A stretch of DNA of 64,000 nucleotides from Nitrospirota bacterium (GTDB lineage: Bacteria > Nitrospirota > UBA9217): NCBI GenBank assembly GCA_035623825.1, contig DASPSR010000045.1:1-64000 (forward strand). The letters run 5' to 3'. Below, piece after piece: positions 9,455 to 18,754 of this stretch (position 1 is the first letter of the stretch; each line of letters opens with the position of its first letter). Position numbers and translations under genes: made by a program. Below the pieces are notes generated by a model. That model was not told the origin of the DNA and searched no databases. It saw nothing but the letters and a program-made list of their open reading frames with translations.

Positions 9455-11046
9455 TGGCCAGGATAACGATAGACCCATTTACGAGGATCGAAGGACATCT
9501 GAGGATCGACGTCGAGATCGAAGGCGGCAAGGTCAAGGATGCGTGGACGACAGGCACGCTGTTTAGGGGTTTTGAGATCATACTTCAGGGCAGGGATCCC
9601 AGAGATGCCTGGCATATTACCCAGCGCATCTGCGGCGTTTGTCCCACATCGCACGGACACACCTCGTCAATGAGCATGGATGACGCCTTCAAGGTAAGGC
9701 CGCCGGACAATGGCCGCATCCTCAGAAATATAATCGAGGGGGCCCAGTTCGTTCACTCCCATATTCTCTGGTTCTATCACCTGAATGCGCTGGATTATGT
9801 TGATGTTGTATCGGCACTGAAAGCCCAGCCGAAGGAGGCCTCGCTCAAGAAGGTCCATGCGAAGCTCAAGGCATTCGTCGAATCGGGGCAGCTCGGCCCC
9901 TTCGCCAATGCCTACTGGGGCCATCCCGCATACAAGCTGCCGCCGGATGTGAACCTCCTTGCAGTGGCACACTATCTCGAGGCACTCGAGATGCAGGCCA
10001 AGGCAGCTGAGGTGAGCGCCCTGTTCGGCGGCAGGATGCCGATGACCATGACGAGCCCTCCGGGCGGCGTAACGCATGTGCCGAGCGTCGATGACCTTAA
10101 AAACTATCTCTTCCGGATGAAAGAGCTTCAGGATTGGATTGATAACGTGTTCATTCCGGATGTCCTGGCCATCGCTCCGTTCTATCTCGACTGGGCAGCG
10201 GTAGGCAAGGGATTCGGGAACTTTCTTTCCTGGGGCGTGTTCGAGGATGCGTCCTTCGATCCCAAGAAACGGCTCCTGCCGAGAGGAGCAATATTCGCTT
10301 CGGATTTCCCGAAGGTCCACGATGCGAAGCCGGAGGACGTTACAGAGGACACGTCGCATGGCTGGTACAAGAGCGGCAAGCCGCTCAATCCGAGCGTGGG
10401 CGAGACGGAACCCGAATACACGGGCTACGACCCGAGCAAGAAATACACCTGGGCAAAGGCGCCTCGGCTCCAGGGCAAGCCCATGGAGGTCGGGGCCCTC
10501 GCCAGGATGCTCGTTGCCTATGCCTCCGGCCAGCCCACGGCCAAAAAGCTCATCGACAGCACGCTCACCGCTATCGGACATCCAGGACAGCCGCAGGTGC
10601 TCCTTGGCGTGATCGGAAGGATCGCCGGGCGGGCGCTCGAATGCAAGATGGTGGCGGATGCCATGTATCAATGGGGCCTCGACATCATCGAAAACATCAA
10701 GAAGGGGAATACGGCGGTGTACAATGAGTATAAGATCCCCGACAAGGCCCGCGGCATCGGACTTTGGGAAGCTCCGCGGGGCGCCTTGGGCCACTGGATC
10801 GACATAGAAGGCAAGAAGATAAAGAACTACCAGTGCGTGGTCCCGACTACGTGGAACGTCTGCCCCCGTGACGAGAGGGGGGTGCGTGGACCCATTGAAG
10901 AGGCCTTGATAGGGACCACGGTGGTGAATGCGGAGAAGCCGCTCGAGGTCATTCGTGTGGTTCACTCATTTGACCCCTGTCTTGCATGCACGGTGCATGT
11001 GATCCATCCCGAGTCTAACCGCATTATGGACTTCAAGGTCTGTTGA
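9454..11046 (+). CDS. [NiFe]-hydrogenase large subunit 2 (all-Cys; group 1a-like motifs)
   Basis: DPFTRIEGH, QRICGVCPTSH, HSFDPCLACTVH plus C-terminal extension. Confidence 0.96.
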   Translation: MARITIDPFTRIEGHLRIDVEIEGGKVKDAWTTGTLFRGFEIILQGRDPRDAWHITQRICGVCPTSHGHTSSMSMDDAFKVRPPDNGRILRNIIEGAQFVHSHILWFYHLNALDYVDVVSALKAQPKEASLKKVHAKLKAFVESGQLGPFANAYWGHPAYKLPPDVNLLAVAHYLEALEMQAKAAEVSALFGGRMPMTMTSPPGGVTHVPSVDDLKNYLFRMKELQDWIDNVFIPDVLAIAPFYLDWAAVGKGFGNFLSWGVFEDASFDPKKRLLPRGAIFASDFPKVHDAKPEDVTEDTSHGWYKSGKPLNPSVGETEPEYTGYDPSKKYTWAKAPRLQGKPMEVGALARMLVAYASGQPTAKKLIDSTLTAIGHPGQPQVLLGVIGRIAGRALECKMVADAMYQWGLDIIENIKKGNTAVYNEYKIPDKARGIGLWEAPRGALGHWIDIEGKKIKNYQCVVPTTWNVCPRDERGVRGPIEEALIGTTVVNAEKPLEVIRVVHSFDPCLACTVHVIHPESNRIMDFKVC

Positions 11047-11057
11047 GGGAGGATGCG

Positions 11058-11705
11058 ATGGAAAAAGACATGATACGAGAATGGAGTACGGGATACATTA
11101 TCGAGCACTGGGTCCGCGTTATTTCCATAGCCGTCCTGACCTTTACGGGCTTCTACATCCATTGGCCCTTCATAGCCGGCGGCACGGATAGCTTTATCAT
11201 GGCATGGAACCGTTTCTTTCACTTCATGGCGGCCTATGCCCTGATCCTCGGCCTTGTGGTGAGGGTCTACATGGCGTTCCGGTCGACGTTCGACAGCGAC
11301 TGGCAGGACTTCGGTCTTGTCCGGAACATTAAGAACCTTCCGGACATTCTGGGCTACTACCTGTTCATCAAGGGCTCGCACAAAGAGTACCGGAAGTATA
11401 ACCCCCTGCAGGCACTGGCGTACCTCGCCATCGGTCTTGTGATCATCTTCGAGGCGCTGAGCGGCGCGGCCATTTACCATGGATACTTGTTCGGGTTCAT
11501 TCCCTGTCCCGACAGCTTCAGGTGGGTGCTTAACCTGCTGGGCGGAGAAGGCGTCACACGGATGATACACTTCTTCGTGATGTGGTTCTTTATCATCTTT
11601 GTGTTGATCCATGTCTACATGGCCTTCATGATAGGTTGGGTGAACAAGGACGGAACCTTTACTTCGATTTTTACGGGCTATAAGCTCAAGAAGCACCACG
11701 AATGA
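11058..11705 (+). CDS. Ni/Fe-hydrogenase b-type cytochrome subunit 2
   Basis: EHW, RFFHF, YNPLQ, RMIHF, IHVY; RBS GGGAGG before ATG 11058. Confidence 0.92.
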   Translation: MEKDMIREWSTGYIIEHWVRVISIAVLTFTGFYIHWPFIAGGTDSFIMAWNRFFHFMAAYALILGLVVRVYMAFRSTFDSDWQDFGLVRNIKNLPDILGYYLFIKGSHKEYRKYNPLQALAYLAIGLVIIFEALSGAAIYHGYLFGFIPCPDSFRWVLNLLGGEGVTRMIHFFVMWFFIIFVLIHVYMAFMIGWVNKDGTFTSIFTGYKLKKHHE

Positions 11706-12208
11706 TGTCAGATCGTCAGATGAGGGGAGACGCTCAGGCGTCTCCCCAATCGATCTTGATTCTCGGTGTCGGAAATCTCTTGCTCGGGGACGACGGTTTC
11801 GGCGTTCATCTCATCAATGCGCTTAAAGATATCCCGTTTCCCCCCAATGTGCATCTTCTTGAGGCTGGTACGGTAAGCCACCAACTGATCCCCCTGTTCC
11901 GGGAGATCGAACATCTCATCGTTCTTGACGTCGTGGAAGCCGGCGATATCCCCGGCTCCATCTTCCGCTTTTCTCCCGACGACATGCAGTTTCCGACAGA
12001 GCAGAAAGCATCCCTGCACCAGATAAGTCTTATCGATGTCCTTCGCATGGCGGAGTTGACGGGCGGCAAGCCAAAGACCGTCATACTTGCGGTGCAACCC
12101 AAGGATGTCTCTTCCTGGTCTTTAGATCTGAGCGACGAGCTCGAGGCAATCATTCCCAAAGTCAAGGAGCTTGTCGTTGAGGAACTGAAAAAAATCAAGG
12201 CATTATGA
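11702..12208 (+). CDS. Hydrogenase maturation endopeptidase 2
   Basis: GVGNLLLGDDGFGV, SLHQ motif. Confidence 0.92.
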   Translation: MMSDRQMRGDAQASPQSILILGVGNLLLGDDGFGVHLINALKDIPFPPNVHLLEAGTVSHQLIPLFREIEHLIVLDVVEAGDIPGSIFRFSPDDMQFPTEQKASLHQISLIDVLRMAELTGGKPKTVILAVQPKDVSSWSLDLSDELEAIIPKVKELVVEELKKIKAL

Positions 12209-12283
12209 CCTGCCCTGTTTATCTTAAAGAGCCGTAAAACCCCGTCATTCATGGCGGGGATATAGGACGGCGCTGCAGCGTCA

Positions 12284-12694
12284 TCACGGTGACTTCTGGC
12301 TTTCGATATACCGTTTGACAATATCGAGAGGCGCCCCGCCACAGGAGGCCGAAAAATAACTCGGAGACCAGAGGGCGTTCTTCCAGTAAAACTTCCGCAG
12401 TTCGGGGTGAGATTTTCTCAGTATGCGGGATGACACCCCCTTCAGGCTGTTCACCATCCTGGAGACCGGTATCTTGGGAGGATAGGTGACCAGAAGATGG
12501 ACATGGTCCCGTTCTCCGTCGATTTCAACCAACCGGGCATCAAAGTCCGCAAGAACTCGGTCAAACACCATTCGCATGGTGTCATAGTGTCTCCCTGCGA
12601 ACACGGGCTTGCGGTATTTCGTCACAAAGACCAAATGCACGTGCATGGCGAAAACACAATGCCTGCCTTGTCTTAATGCATTTGACTTTAGCAT
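12284..12694 (-). CDS. tnpA: IS200/IS605 Y1 (HUH) transposase
   Basis: HLVFVTKYR, DHVHLL (HUH), LKGVSSR, LWSPSYF, catalytic Tyr in KRYIESQ. Confidence 0.95.
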   Translation of the reverse strand: MLKSNALRQGRHCVFAMHVHLVFVTKYRKPVFAGRHYDTMRMVFDRVLADFDARLVEIDGERDHVHLLVTYPPKIPVSRMVNSLKGVSSRILRKSHPELRKFYWKNALWSPSYFSASCGGAPLDIVKRYIESQKSP

Positions 12695-12716
12695 AGGCCA
12701 ATGATACCATAGAGAA

Positions 12717-13916
12717 ATGCTGATACGCAAGGCATTTCAGTACAGGATCCGGTTCTCCAAACCGGGCGAGGACGCAGCACTTACTCGGTTCGCCGGATGC
12801 TGCCGCTTCGTCTGGAACAAGGCCCTCTCCCTGCAGAAGGAGCGGCTGGACAGCAAGAAGCGCATCCTTTCCTATCCGGAGATGGCAGACCTTCTCCTTG
12901 TCTGGAAAAAGGAGCATCCGTTCCTCACGGAGGCCCCCTCGCAGGCGCTGCAGCAGCGGCTCATGGATTTAGACAAGGCGCTCCATGAAGCGTTCGACCC
13001 TCATAACCCCAAGCGGTTCCCCAGGTTCAAGAAGAAGCACAAGTGCCGCGAGTCCTTCAGGTACCCGCAGGGGTTCGCGGTGAAGAAGAACCGGGTCTAT
13101 CTCCCCAAATTCGGCTGGGCCAGGTTCTATAAAAGCCGCGAGATATCCGGCAACCCCAAAAACGTCACAGTATCGAGGAAAGGGGGCCATTGGTTCTTCT
13201 CCGTGCAGACGGAGATGGAAGTTGGCGGGCCGGTGCACCCATCCAAAACACAGATCGGCGTGGACTTCGGTGTCAAAAGACTCATTACTCTTTCCGACGG
13301 TATGGGGTTTCTTCCGATTAATGCATTAAAGAAGCACCTTAAGGGCCTGCGCGATGCGCAGAGAAGGCTCGCACGAATGGTAAAGAGGTCTAACAACTGG
13401 AAAAAGCAGAAAAGAACGATCCGGGATATTCATATCAGGATTGCCGATATCCGCTCAGACTGGCTGCACAGGGTATCACACTATTTGAGCAAAAACCACG
13501 CTTTGATCGTGCTTGAGGACCTTGGCATCAAAGACATGAGCGCATCGGCAAAGGGGACGATTGAAAATCCCGGAAGGAACGTTAGGCAGAAGGCCGGTCT
13601 CAACCGCGCCATTCTCGACCAGGGGTGGGGAGAACTCATGCGCCAGATACAGTACAAGCAGGAATGGCTGGGCGGCATGACGCTCTTCGTCGACCCCGCC
13701 CATACGAGCCAGGAATGCGCCGTATGCGGCCATGTTTCGCCTGAGAACAGGCAGTCTCGAGATTTGTTCAACTGCGTGCAATGCGGCCATGTTGAGAACG
13801 CCGACGAGAATGCCGCGAAAGTCGTGCTGTCAAGGGTGGGTCACACCCGGGTGATCTGTGGATCGAACGGTGCTGTAATGCCGTCGGAAGCAGAAACCGA
13901 AACAGTGCTGTCGTAA
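12717..13916 (+). CDS. tnpB: RNA-guided endonuclease TnpB
   Basis: N-terminal HTH, RuvC-I GVDFG, RuvC-II LEDL, Zn finger TSQECAVCG...CVQCG, RuvC-III NADENAA. Confidence 0.95.
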   Translation: MLIRKAFQYRIRFSKPGEDAALTRFAGCCRFVWNKALSLQKERLDSKKRILSYPEMADLLLVWKKEHPFLTEAPSQALQQRLMDLDKALHEAFDPHNPKRFPRFKKKHKCRESFRYPQGFAVKKNRVYLPKFGWARFYKSREISGNPKNVTVSRKGGHWFFSVQTEMEVGGPVHPSKTQIGVDFGVKRLITLSDGMGFLPINALKKHLKGLRDAQRRLARMVKRSNNWKKQKRTIRDIHIRIADIRSDWLHRVSHYLSKNHALIVLEDLGIKDMSASAKGTIENPGRNVRQKAGLNRAILDQGWGELMRQIQYKQEWLGGMTLFVDPAHTSQECAVCGHVSPENRQSRDLFNCVQCGHVENADENAAKVVLSRVGHTRVICGSNGAVMPSEAETETVLS

Positions 13917-14067
13917 GGCAGAACTGCGGAATCTTCGGCCTTCAGGCCGGAGAGGATGTCAATCGTAAATAGATCTTAAGGACTTGACAGAACAGGCAAT
14001 ATATGGGATAAATGAGCATGATATTGCTCCTAAATGATCGGCCGTTATTCCCGGAATCGGATATTCT

Positions 14068-14607
14068 ATGTGCCTTGCCATCCCTTCACTGATTGTAAGC
14101 ATCGATGACCTTATCGCAACGATTGACGTGTACGGCGCACGACGACAGGTGAGCCTCATGCTCCTGCCTGAGGCTCCGCGGATAGGGGATTATGTCCTTG
14201 TCCACGCCGGATTTGCGATCCAGAAGATAGCCAAGGAGACCGTTGAATCAGGTGAGATCATGCACGAAGCATCCATAGCCTTAAGCATCCTCGATATCGT
14301 CCAGACCAAATGCCAGGAGGAAGGGTGCCGCTCGGTGGATTCCGTCAAGGTCAGGATCGGAAAGGCGGCGGGGATCCTTCCCGATTCCCTTATATTCGCT
14401 TTTGACGCGGCGAAAGACAACACGGTTGCGAAGAACGCAACGCTCACCATCGAGACTGTGCCGGTCGGCGGTACCTGCCGTGACTGCAAGAAAGAGTTCA
14501 CGGTCGAGGACGCGCAGTACGTATTCTCTTGCCCTCACTGCGGCTCCAAATCCTTCGAGATCACCAGTGGCCGCGAAATGGATATCGTGGACATGGAGAT
14601 CAACTAA
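14068..14607 (+). CDS. hypC/hypA: HypC-HypA fusion protein
   Basis: MCLAIP...GDYVLVHAGFAI (HypC) continues in frame into MHEASI...CRDC...CPHC...GRE (HypA) from codon 65 (ATG 14260). Confidence 0.9.
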   Translation: MCLAIPSLIVSIDDLIATIDVYGARRQVSLMLLPEAPRIGDYVLVHAGFAIQKIAKETVESGEIMHEASIALSILDIVQTKCQEEGCRSVDSVKVRIGKAAGILPDSLIFAFDAAKDNTVAKNATLTIETVPVGGTCRDCKKEFTVEDAQYVFSCPHCGSKSFEITSGREMDIVDMEIN

Positions 14608-15251
14608 TGAAGGTCAAGGTGGTCACCCGCATCCTCGAAGCAAATGACCGCATCGCCGAGGAGAACCGGAAACGGTTCCAGGACGCGGGAGTGTATGTCG
14701 TGAACCTCATGGGAGCGCCCGGGGCGGGGAAGACCTCGCTGCTCGAAAGGACGATCCGCGAGCTCAAGCCGCATCTAGAGATCGGGGTGATCGAAGGCGA
14801 CATCGTAGGGAGCGACGACGCCGAACGCATAGGAGCTCTCGACGTTCCCGTGGTGCAGATCAACACCGGAGGGGCCTGCCACCTCGATGCGAATATGATC
14901 AACGAGGTGCTGGACGAACTGCCGCTCAAGGAATTGGACATGCTCATCATCGAGAACGTCGGCAATCTCGTCTGCCCCGCGGAGTTCAAGGTCGGCGAAG
15001 ACATGAAGATGATGGTCCTGAGCATCGCCGAGGGGCATGACAAGCCGCTCAAATACCCCCTGATGTTCCAGGAATCATCGGCCCTGGTCCTCAATAAGAT
15101 CGATCTCCTCCCGTACATGAATACGGACATGAACAAGGTAAGGAACGATTCCCTCGCACTCAATCCGAAACTGAAGATTTTCGAGGTCTCCTGCGCGAAC
15201 GGCGCGGGAATCGATGCTTGGGCTCAATGGTTGAGCGCGCTCACATCATAG
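14607..15251 (+). CDS. hypB: Hydrogenase nickel-insertion GTPase
   Basis: GAPGAGKT, CHLDA, ENVGNLVCP, KYPLMF, NKID. Confidence 0.96.
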   Translation: MKVKVVTRILEANDRIAEENRKRFQDAGVYVVNLMGAPGAGKTSLLERTIRELKPHLEIGVIEGDIVGSDDAERIGALDVPVVQINTGGACHLDANMINEVLDELPLKELDMLIIENVGNLVCPAEFKVGEDMKMMVLSIAEGHDKPLKYPLMFQESSALVLNKIDLLPYMNTDMNKVRNDSLALNPKLKIFEVSCANGAGIDAWAQWLSALTS

Positions 15252-17608
15252 TCAAAGGCGTCGTGCAAGGCGTCGGCTTCAGGCCCTATGTGTTCACCCT
15301 TGCCGAGCGCCTCGGCCTCAAAGGCTATGTCTCGAACACCGCCGACGGAGTGGTCATCGAAGCCGAAGGGCGCTCCCTCCCTGAGTTTATCAGTCGTCTT
15401 CCGAAAGAAGCCCCTCCGCTGTCCCAGATCTCCAGCGTCTCCGTGACTTCACTCCCCCTCTTAGGCTACAGGGACTTCACCATACAAAAAAGCGTTGATC
15501 AGAAGGGTAGCTTGCCGTTCACCCTGGTCTCGCCCGATGTCTCGGTCTGCGACGACTGTGCGCGGGAACTGCTCGACCCTAGGGACAGGAGATATCTTTA
15601 TTCATTTATAAACTGTACGAACTGCGGTCCCCGGTACTCGATAACCAGGCACGTCCCGTATGACAGGCCGAACACCACCATGGCCGATTTTGCCATGTGC
15701 CCCGAATGTCTCAACGAATATGAAAACCCGAGGGACAGGAGGTTCCACGCCCAACCGAACGCATGCCCGAAGTGCGGCCCGGATGTCGAGTTTCGAGTGC
15801 GAAAGAAAGAGTCCGGGCCTACGGGCAGTGAAGCCATTCGCGAGGCGATCCGGGCACTGCAGGGCGGCAGCATTCTTGCGGTGAAGGGTCTCGGCGGGTT
15901 CCATATCGCCTGTGACGCGTCGAATGACGCCGCGGTGGCGCGGCTTCGCCTGAACAAGAGGAAGAGCAACAAGCCGTTTGCCGTCATGGTCCCGAGCGTT
16001 GAAGCGGCACGGCGGTTTTGCATGGTTGCCGATGCCGAGAAGGTCCTCCTCGAATCCAACAAGCGGCCTGTCGTTCTCCTCGAGAAGACAGCGGACCATC
16101 TCTCCGCTTCGGTTTCGCCGAATAATAAATATGTAGGATGCATGCTCCCGTACACCCCGCTTCACTATTTGCTGTTTTTCCATCCGCTGGACGGAAACGA
16201 AAAGAGAACGGCCCCGCATTTCACCGCACTCGTGATGACGAGCGGAAATTTGTCGGAAGAACCGATCGTGCGGGACAATAGTGAGGCGCAGGGCAAGCTG
16301 TCCGGGATAGTCGACGGCTTTCTCCTTCACAACAGGGACATCTTCATGCGGGTCGATGACTCGGTGATGCGGGTGCAGAGCAAAGGCGGCCCCGGGCCCC
16401 GGACACCCAACTCCGAACCGGTTTTCCTCCGCCGCTCCCGCGGATATGCTCCCGATCCCATTGCGCTCCACGATGAAGGCCCGGAAGTCCTGGGCTGCGG
16501 CGCGGACCTCAAAAACACCTTCACCGTCACCAAGGGAAAGTTCGCCATACCGAGCCAGCACATCGGCGACATGGAAAATTACGAGACGGTGAGATTCTTT
16601 GAAGAAAGCCTTGCGAACATCAAGGCTGTGTACCGGGTAAACCCTGTAGCCATTGCGCACGACCTCCATCCGGGATATCTTTCGACACGGTGGGCGATTG
16701 ACCAGGGGGCAGGGGGTCGAAGTCAAGAGTCAGGGCGGGGCTTTAAGACCTATGCCATCCAGCACCACTATGCCCATATTGGTTCGGTGATGGCCGAGCA
16801 TGGCCTGGACCGGAAGGTAATCGGCGTTGCATTTGACGGAACGGGATACGGAACGGACGGGAACCTCTGGGGCGCGGAATTTTTGATCGCCGATACCGAC
16901 GGATTTGAACGGGCGGGGCAATTCCAGTACATCCCGCTGCCCGGCGGCGAGGCTGCCATCCGGGAGCCGTGGCGGACGGCAGTAAGCTACGTTCTCGAGG
17001 CGGCGGGCAGCGAGGCGCCGGAGTATCTCGAAAAAACGGGGTTCCAGGAGAGATACGGGAAAGCGTCCATGGAGCAGCTCGTCAAGGTCGCCCGCGCACG
17101 GGAGCTTTCTCCCCTCTCATCAGGCGCAGGCAGGCTGTTCGATGCGGTTTCCGCCCTCCTCGGGCTGTGCAGTGTGAACACCTTTGAGGGAGAGGCGGCC
17201 ATGGCACTGGAGGCCTGCGCCCAAGGTCGCGGCGACGACCAGTATCCGGTTGAGTTTGAGAAGGAAAACGGTTATACTGTCGTGGATTTTTCTCGTACCA
17301 TCACCGGGGTCATAGAGGACAGGATAAAAGGACAGAGCGCAGGCTTTATCTCCACGGCATTTCATAATACCGTCGCTTCGGTCATAGAGACGGTTGCTGC
17401 TTCACTGAGCAAGGACCTGGGGATCATGGATGTGGCCTTGAGCGGGGGAACGTTCCAGAATCTGTATCTTCTGAACAGGACGGAACGGCTGCTCAGAGCT
17501 CGCGGGATGAACGTGTTCGTCAATCATAAAATGCCCGCTAACGACGGGGGCATATCCCTCGGCCAGGCGTACATCCTGCGGGAGAGGCTCAAGAAGGGGA
17601 CCTTATGA
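15227..17608 (+). CDS. hypF: Carbamoyltransferase
   Basis: GVVQGVGFRP, two Zn fingers, RRFHAQPNAC, QHHYAH, PANDGGISLGQ. Confidence 0.96.
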   Translation: MVERAHIIVKGVVQGVGFRPYVFTLAERLGLKGYVSNTADGVVIEAEGRSLPEFISRLPKEAPPLSQISSVSVTSLPLLGYRDFTIQKSVDQKGSLPFTLVSPDVSVCDDCARELLDPRDRRYLYSFINCTNCGPRYSITRHVPYDRPNTTMADFAMCPECLNEYENPRDRRFHAQPNACPKCGPDVEFRVRKKESGPTGSEAIREAIRALQGGSILAVKGLGGFHIACDASNDAAVARLRLNKRKSNKPFAVMVPSVEAARRFCMVADAEKVLLESNKRPVVLLEKTADHLSASVSPNNKYVGCMLPYTPLHYLLFFHPLDGNEKRTAPHFTALVMTSGNLSEEPIVRDNSEAQGKLSGIVDGFLLHNRDIFMRVDDSVMRVQSKGGPGPRTPNSEPVFLRRSRGYAPDPIALHDEGPEVLGCGADLKNTFTVTKGKFAIPSQHIGDMENYETVRFFEESLANIKAVYRVNPVAIAHDLHPGYLSTRWAIDQGAGGRSQESGRGFKTYAIQHHYAHIGSVMAEHGLDRKVIGVAFDGTGYGTDGNLWGAEFLIADTDGFERAGQFQYIPLPGGEAAIREPWRTAVSYVLEAAGSEAPEYLEKTGFQERYGKASMEQLVKVARARELSPLSSGAGRLFDAVSALLGLCSVNTFEGEAAMALEACAQGRGDDQYPVEFEKENGYTVVDFSRTITGVIEDRIKGQSAGFISTAFHNTVASVIETVAASLSKDLGIMDVALSGGTFQNLYLLNRTERLLRARGMNVFVNHKMPANDGGISLGQAYILRERLKKGTL

Positions 17609-18666
17609 TTAAACAGATGCTGGAGGAAATGCATAAGCTGGTGGGCGGCATCGGGAGACCTCTTAAACTCATGGAGGTGTGCGGTACCCATACGGTCGAG
17701 ATATTCCGGCACGGCATCCGCGATGTGATTCCCGGGACGATCACGCTTTTGAGCGGCCCCGGCTGTCCGGTGTGCGTGACGTCGGTCCAGGATGTGGATG
17801 CGGCCATTGCGATCGCGAAGATGCCCGGGGTGATCATGGCGACCTTTGGGGACATGATGCGTGTGCCCGGAGGCACGGAATCGCTGCTCGAGGCGAGGTC
17901 GGAAGGCGCGGACGTACGGGTCCTCTATTCCCCCATGGACGCGATCTCACTCGCGCAGAAGGAACCGGACAAAGAGGTCGTTTTCTTCGCAACGGGCTTT
18001 GAGACGACTTCCCCGCTTATCGCGGCGACCGTTGCGCATGCGGTGGCGGCTGGGATCAGGAACTTTTCCGTGTATGCCGCGCACAAACTCGTTCCGCCGG
18101 CGCTTACGGCTCTGCTCGACTCGTCGGACGTGAAGGTTGACGGCTTCATCCTGCCCGGGCATGTCAGCACGATCATCGGCAAAAAGCCGTATGAGTTCGT
18201 TGCCGCCCGCTACGGCAAGCCGTCGGTTATCACGGGATTCGATGCCAAGGACATCATTGAAGGCATCCTGATGATCGTGAGGCAGGTCGCGGAGAAGCGG
18301 GCAAACGTGGAAATCCAGTACAAGAACGTCGTCAAGGAAGAGGGGAACCCCAAAGCCGTGGCGCTGCTTGACGAATACTTCGAGCCGGCCGACGCCTACT
18401 GGCGCGGCATCGGCGTCATACCGAGGAGCGGGCTGAAACTGAGGGACAAATTCGCCGTATTTGATGCGAACAAGAAGTTCAGTCCGCCGGTCTCGACATC
18501 CGCGGAGCCGGAGCTTTGCTCGTGCGGCGATATACTCCGCGGCGTGAAGATCCCGACGGAATGTCCTCTGTTCGGCACAGGATGCACGCCGGACAGCCCC
18601 GTAGGGCCGTGCATGGTGAGCACCGAGGGCAGCTGCGCGGCGTATTTCAAGTATGGACACAGGTGA
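17605..18666 (+). CDS. hypD: Hydrogenase formation protein
   Basis: MEVCGTHT, GPGCPVC, GFETT, PGHV, CMVSTEGSC. Confidence 0.97.
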   Translation: MIKQMLEEMHKLVGGIGRPLKLMEVCGTHTVEIFRHGIRDVIPGTITLLSGPGCPVCVTSVQDVDAAIAIAKMPGVIMATFGDMMRVPGGTESLLEARSEGADVRVLYSPMDAISLAQKEPDKEVVFFATGFETTSPLIAATVAHAVAAGIRNFSVYAAHKLVPPALTALLDSSDVKVDGFILPGHVSTIIGKKPYEFVAARYGKPSVITGFDAKDIIEGILMIVRQVAEKRANVEIQYKNVVKEEGNPKAVALLDEYFEPADAYWRGIGVIPRSGLKLRDKFAVFDANKKFSPPVSTSAEPELCSCGDILRGVKIPTECPLFGTGCTPDSPVGPCMVSTEGSCAAYFKYGHR

Positions 18667-18754
18667 TGCAGGTGCAGTAATCAACTAGGCCTTTTCCCTC
18701 GGCTCCGGAAGGTTTCTTCGGCAACATCTCCTCTCCCGCGGTTGGGATCTATCT

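Larger units (their letters stand above)
12229..13962. mobile_element. IS200/IS605-family element (divergent tnpA + tnpB); end coordinates approximate
   Basis: Left-end hairpin ACCCCGTCATTCATGGCGGGGA; right-end hairpin TCTTCGGCCTTCAGGCCGGAGA followed by GGATGTCAA; no terminal inverted repeats. Confidence 0.88.

Noticed and set aside
11041-11046. TGT-TGA (Cys-Sec?) at the end of large subunit 2
   Set aside because: It lies at the end of the cleaved C-terminal extension at normal length, directly followed by the next gene's RBS; an ordinary stop.
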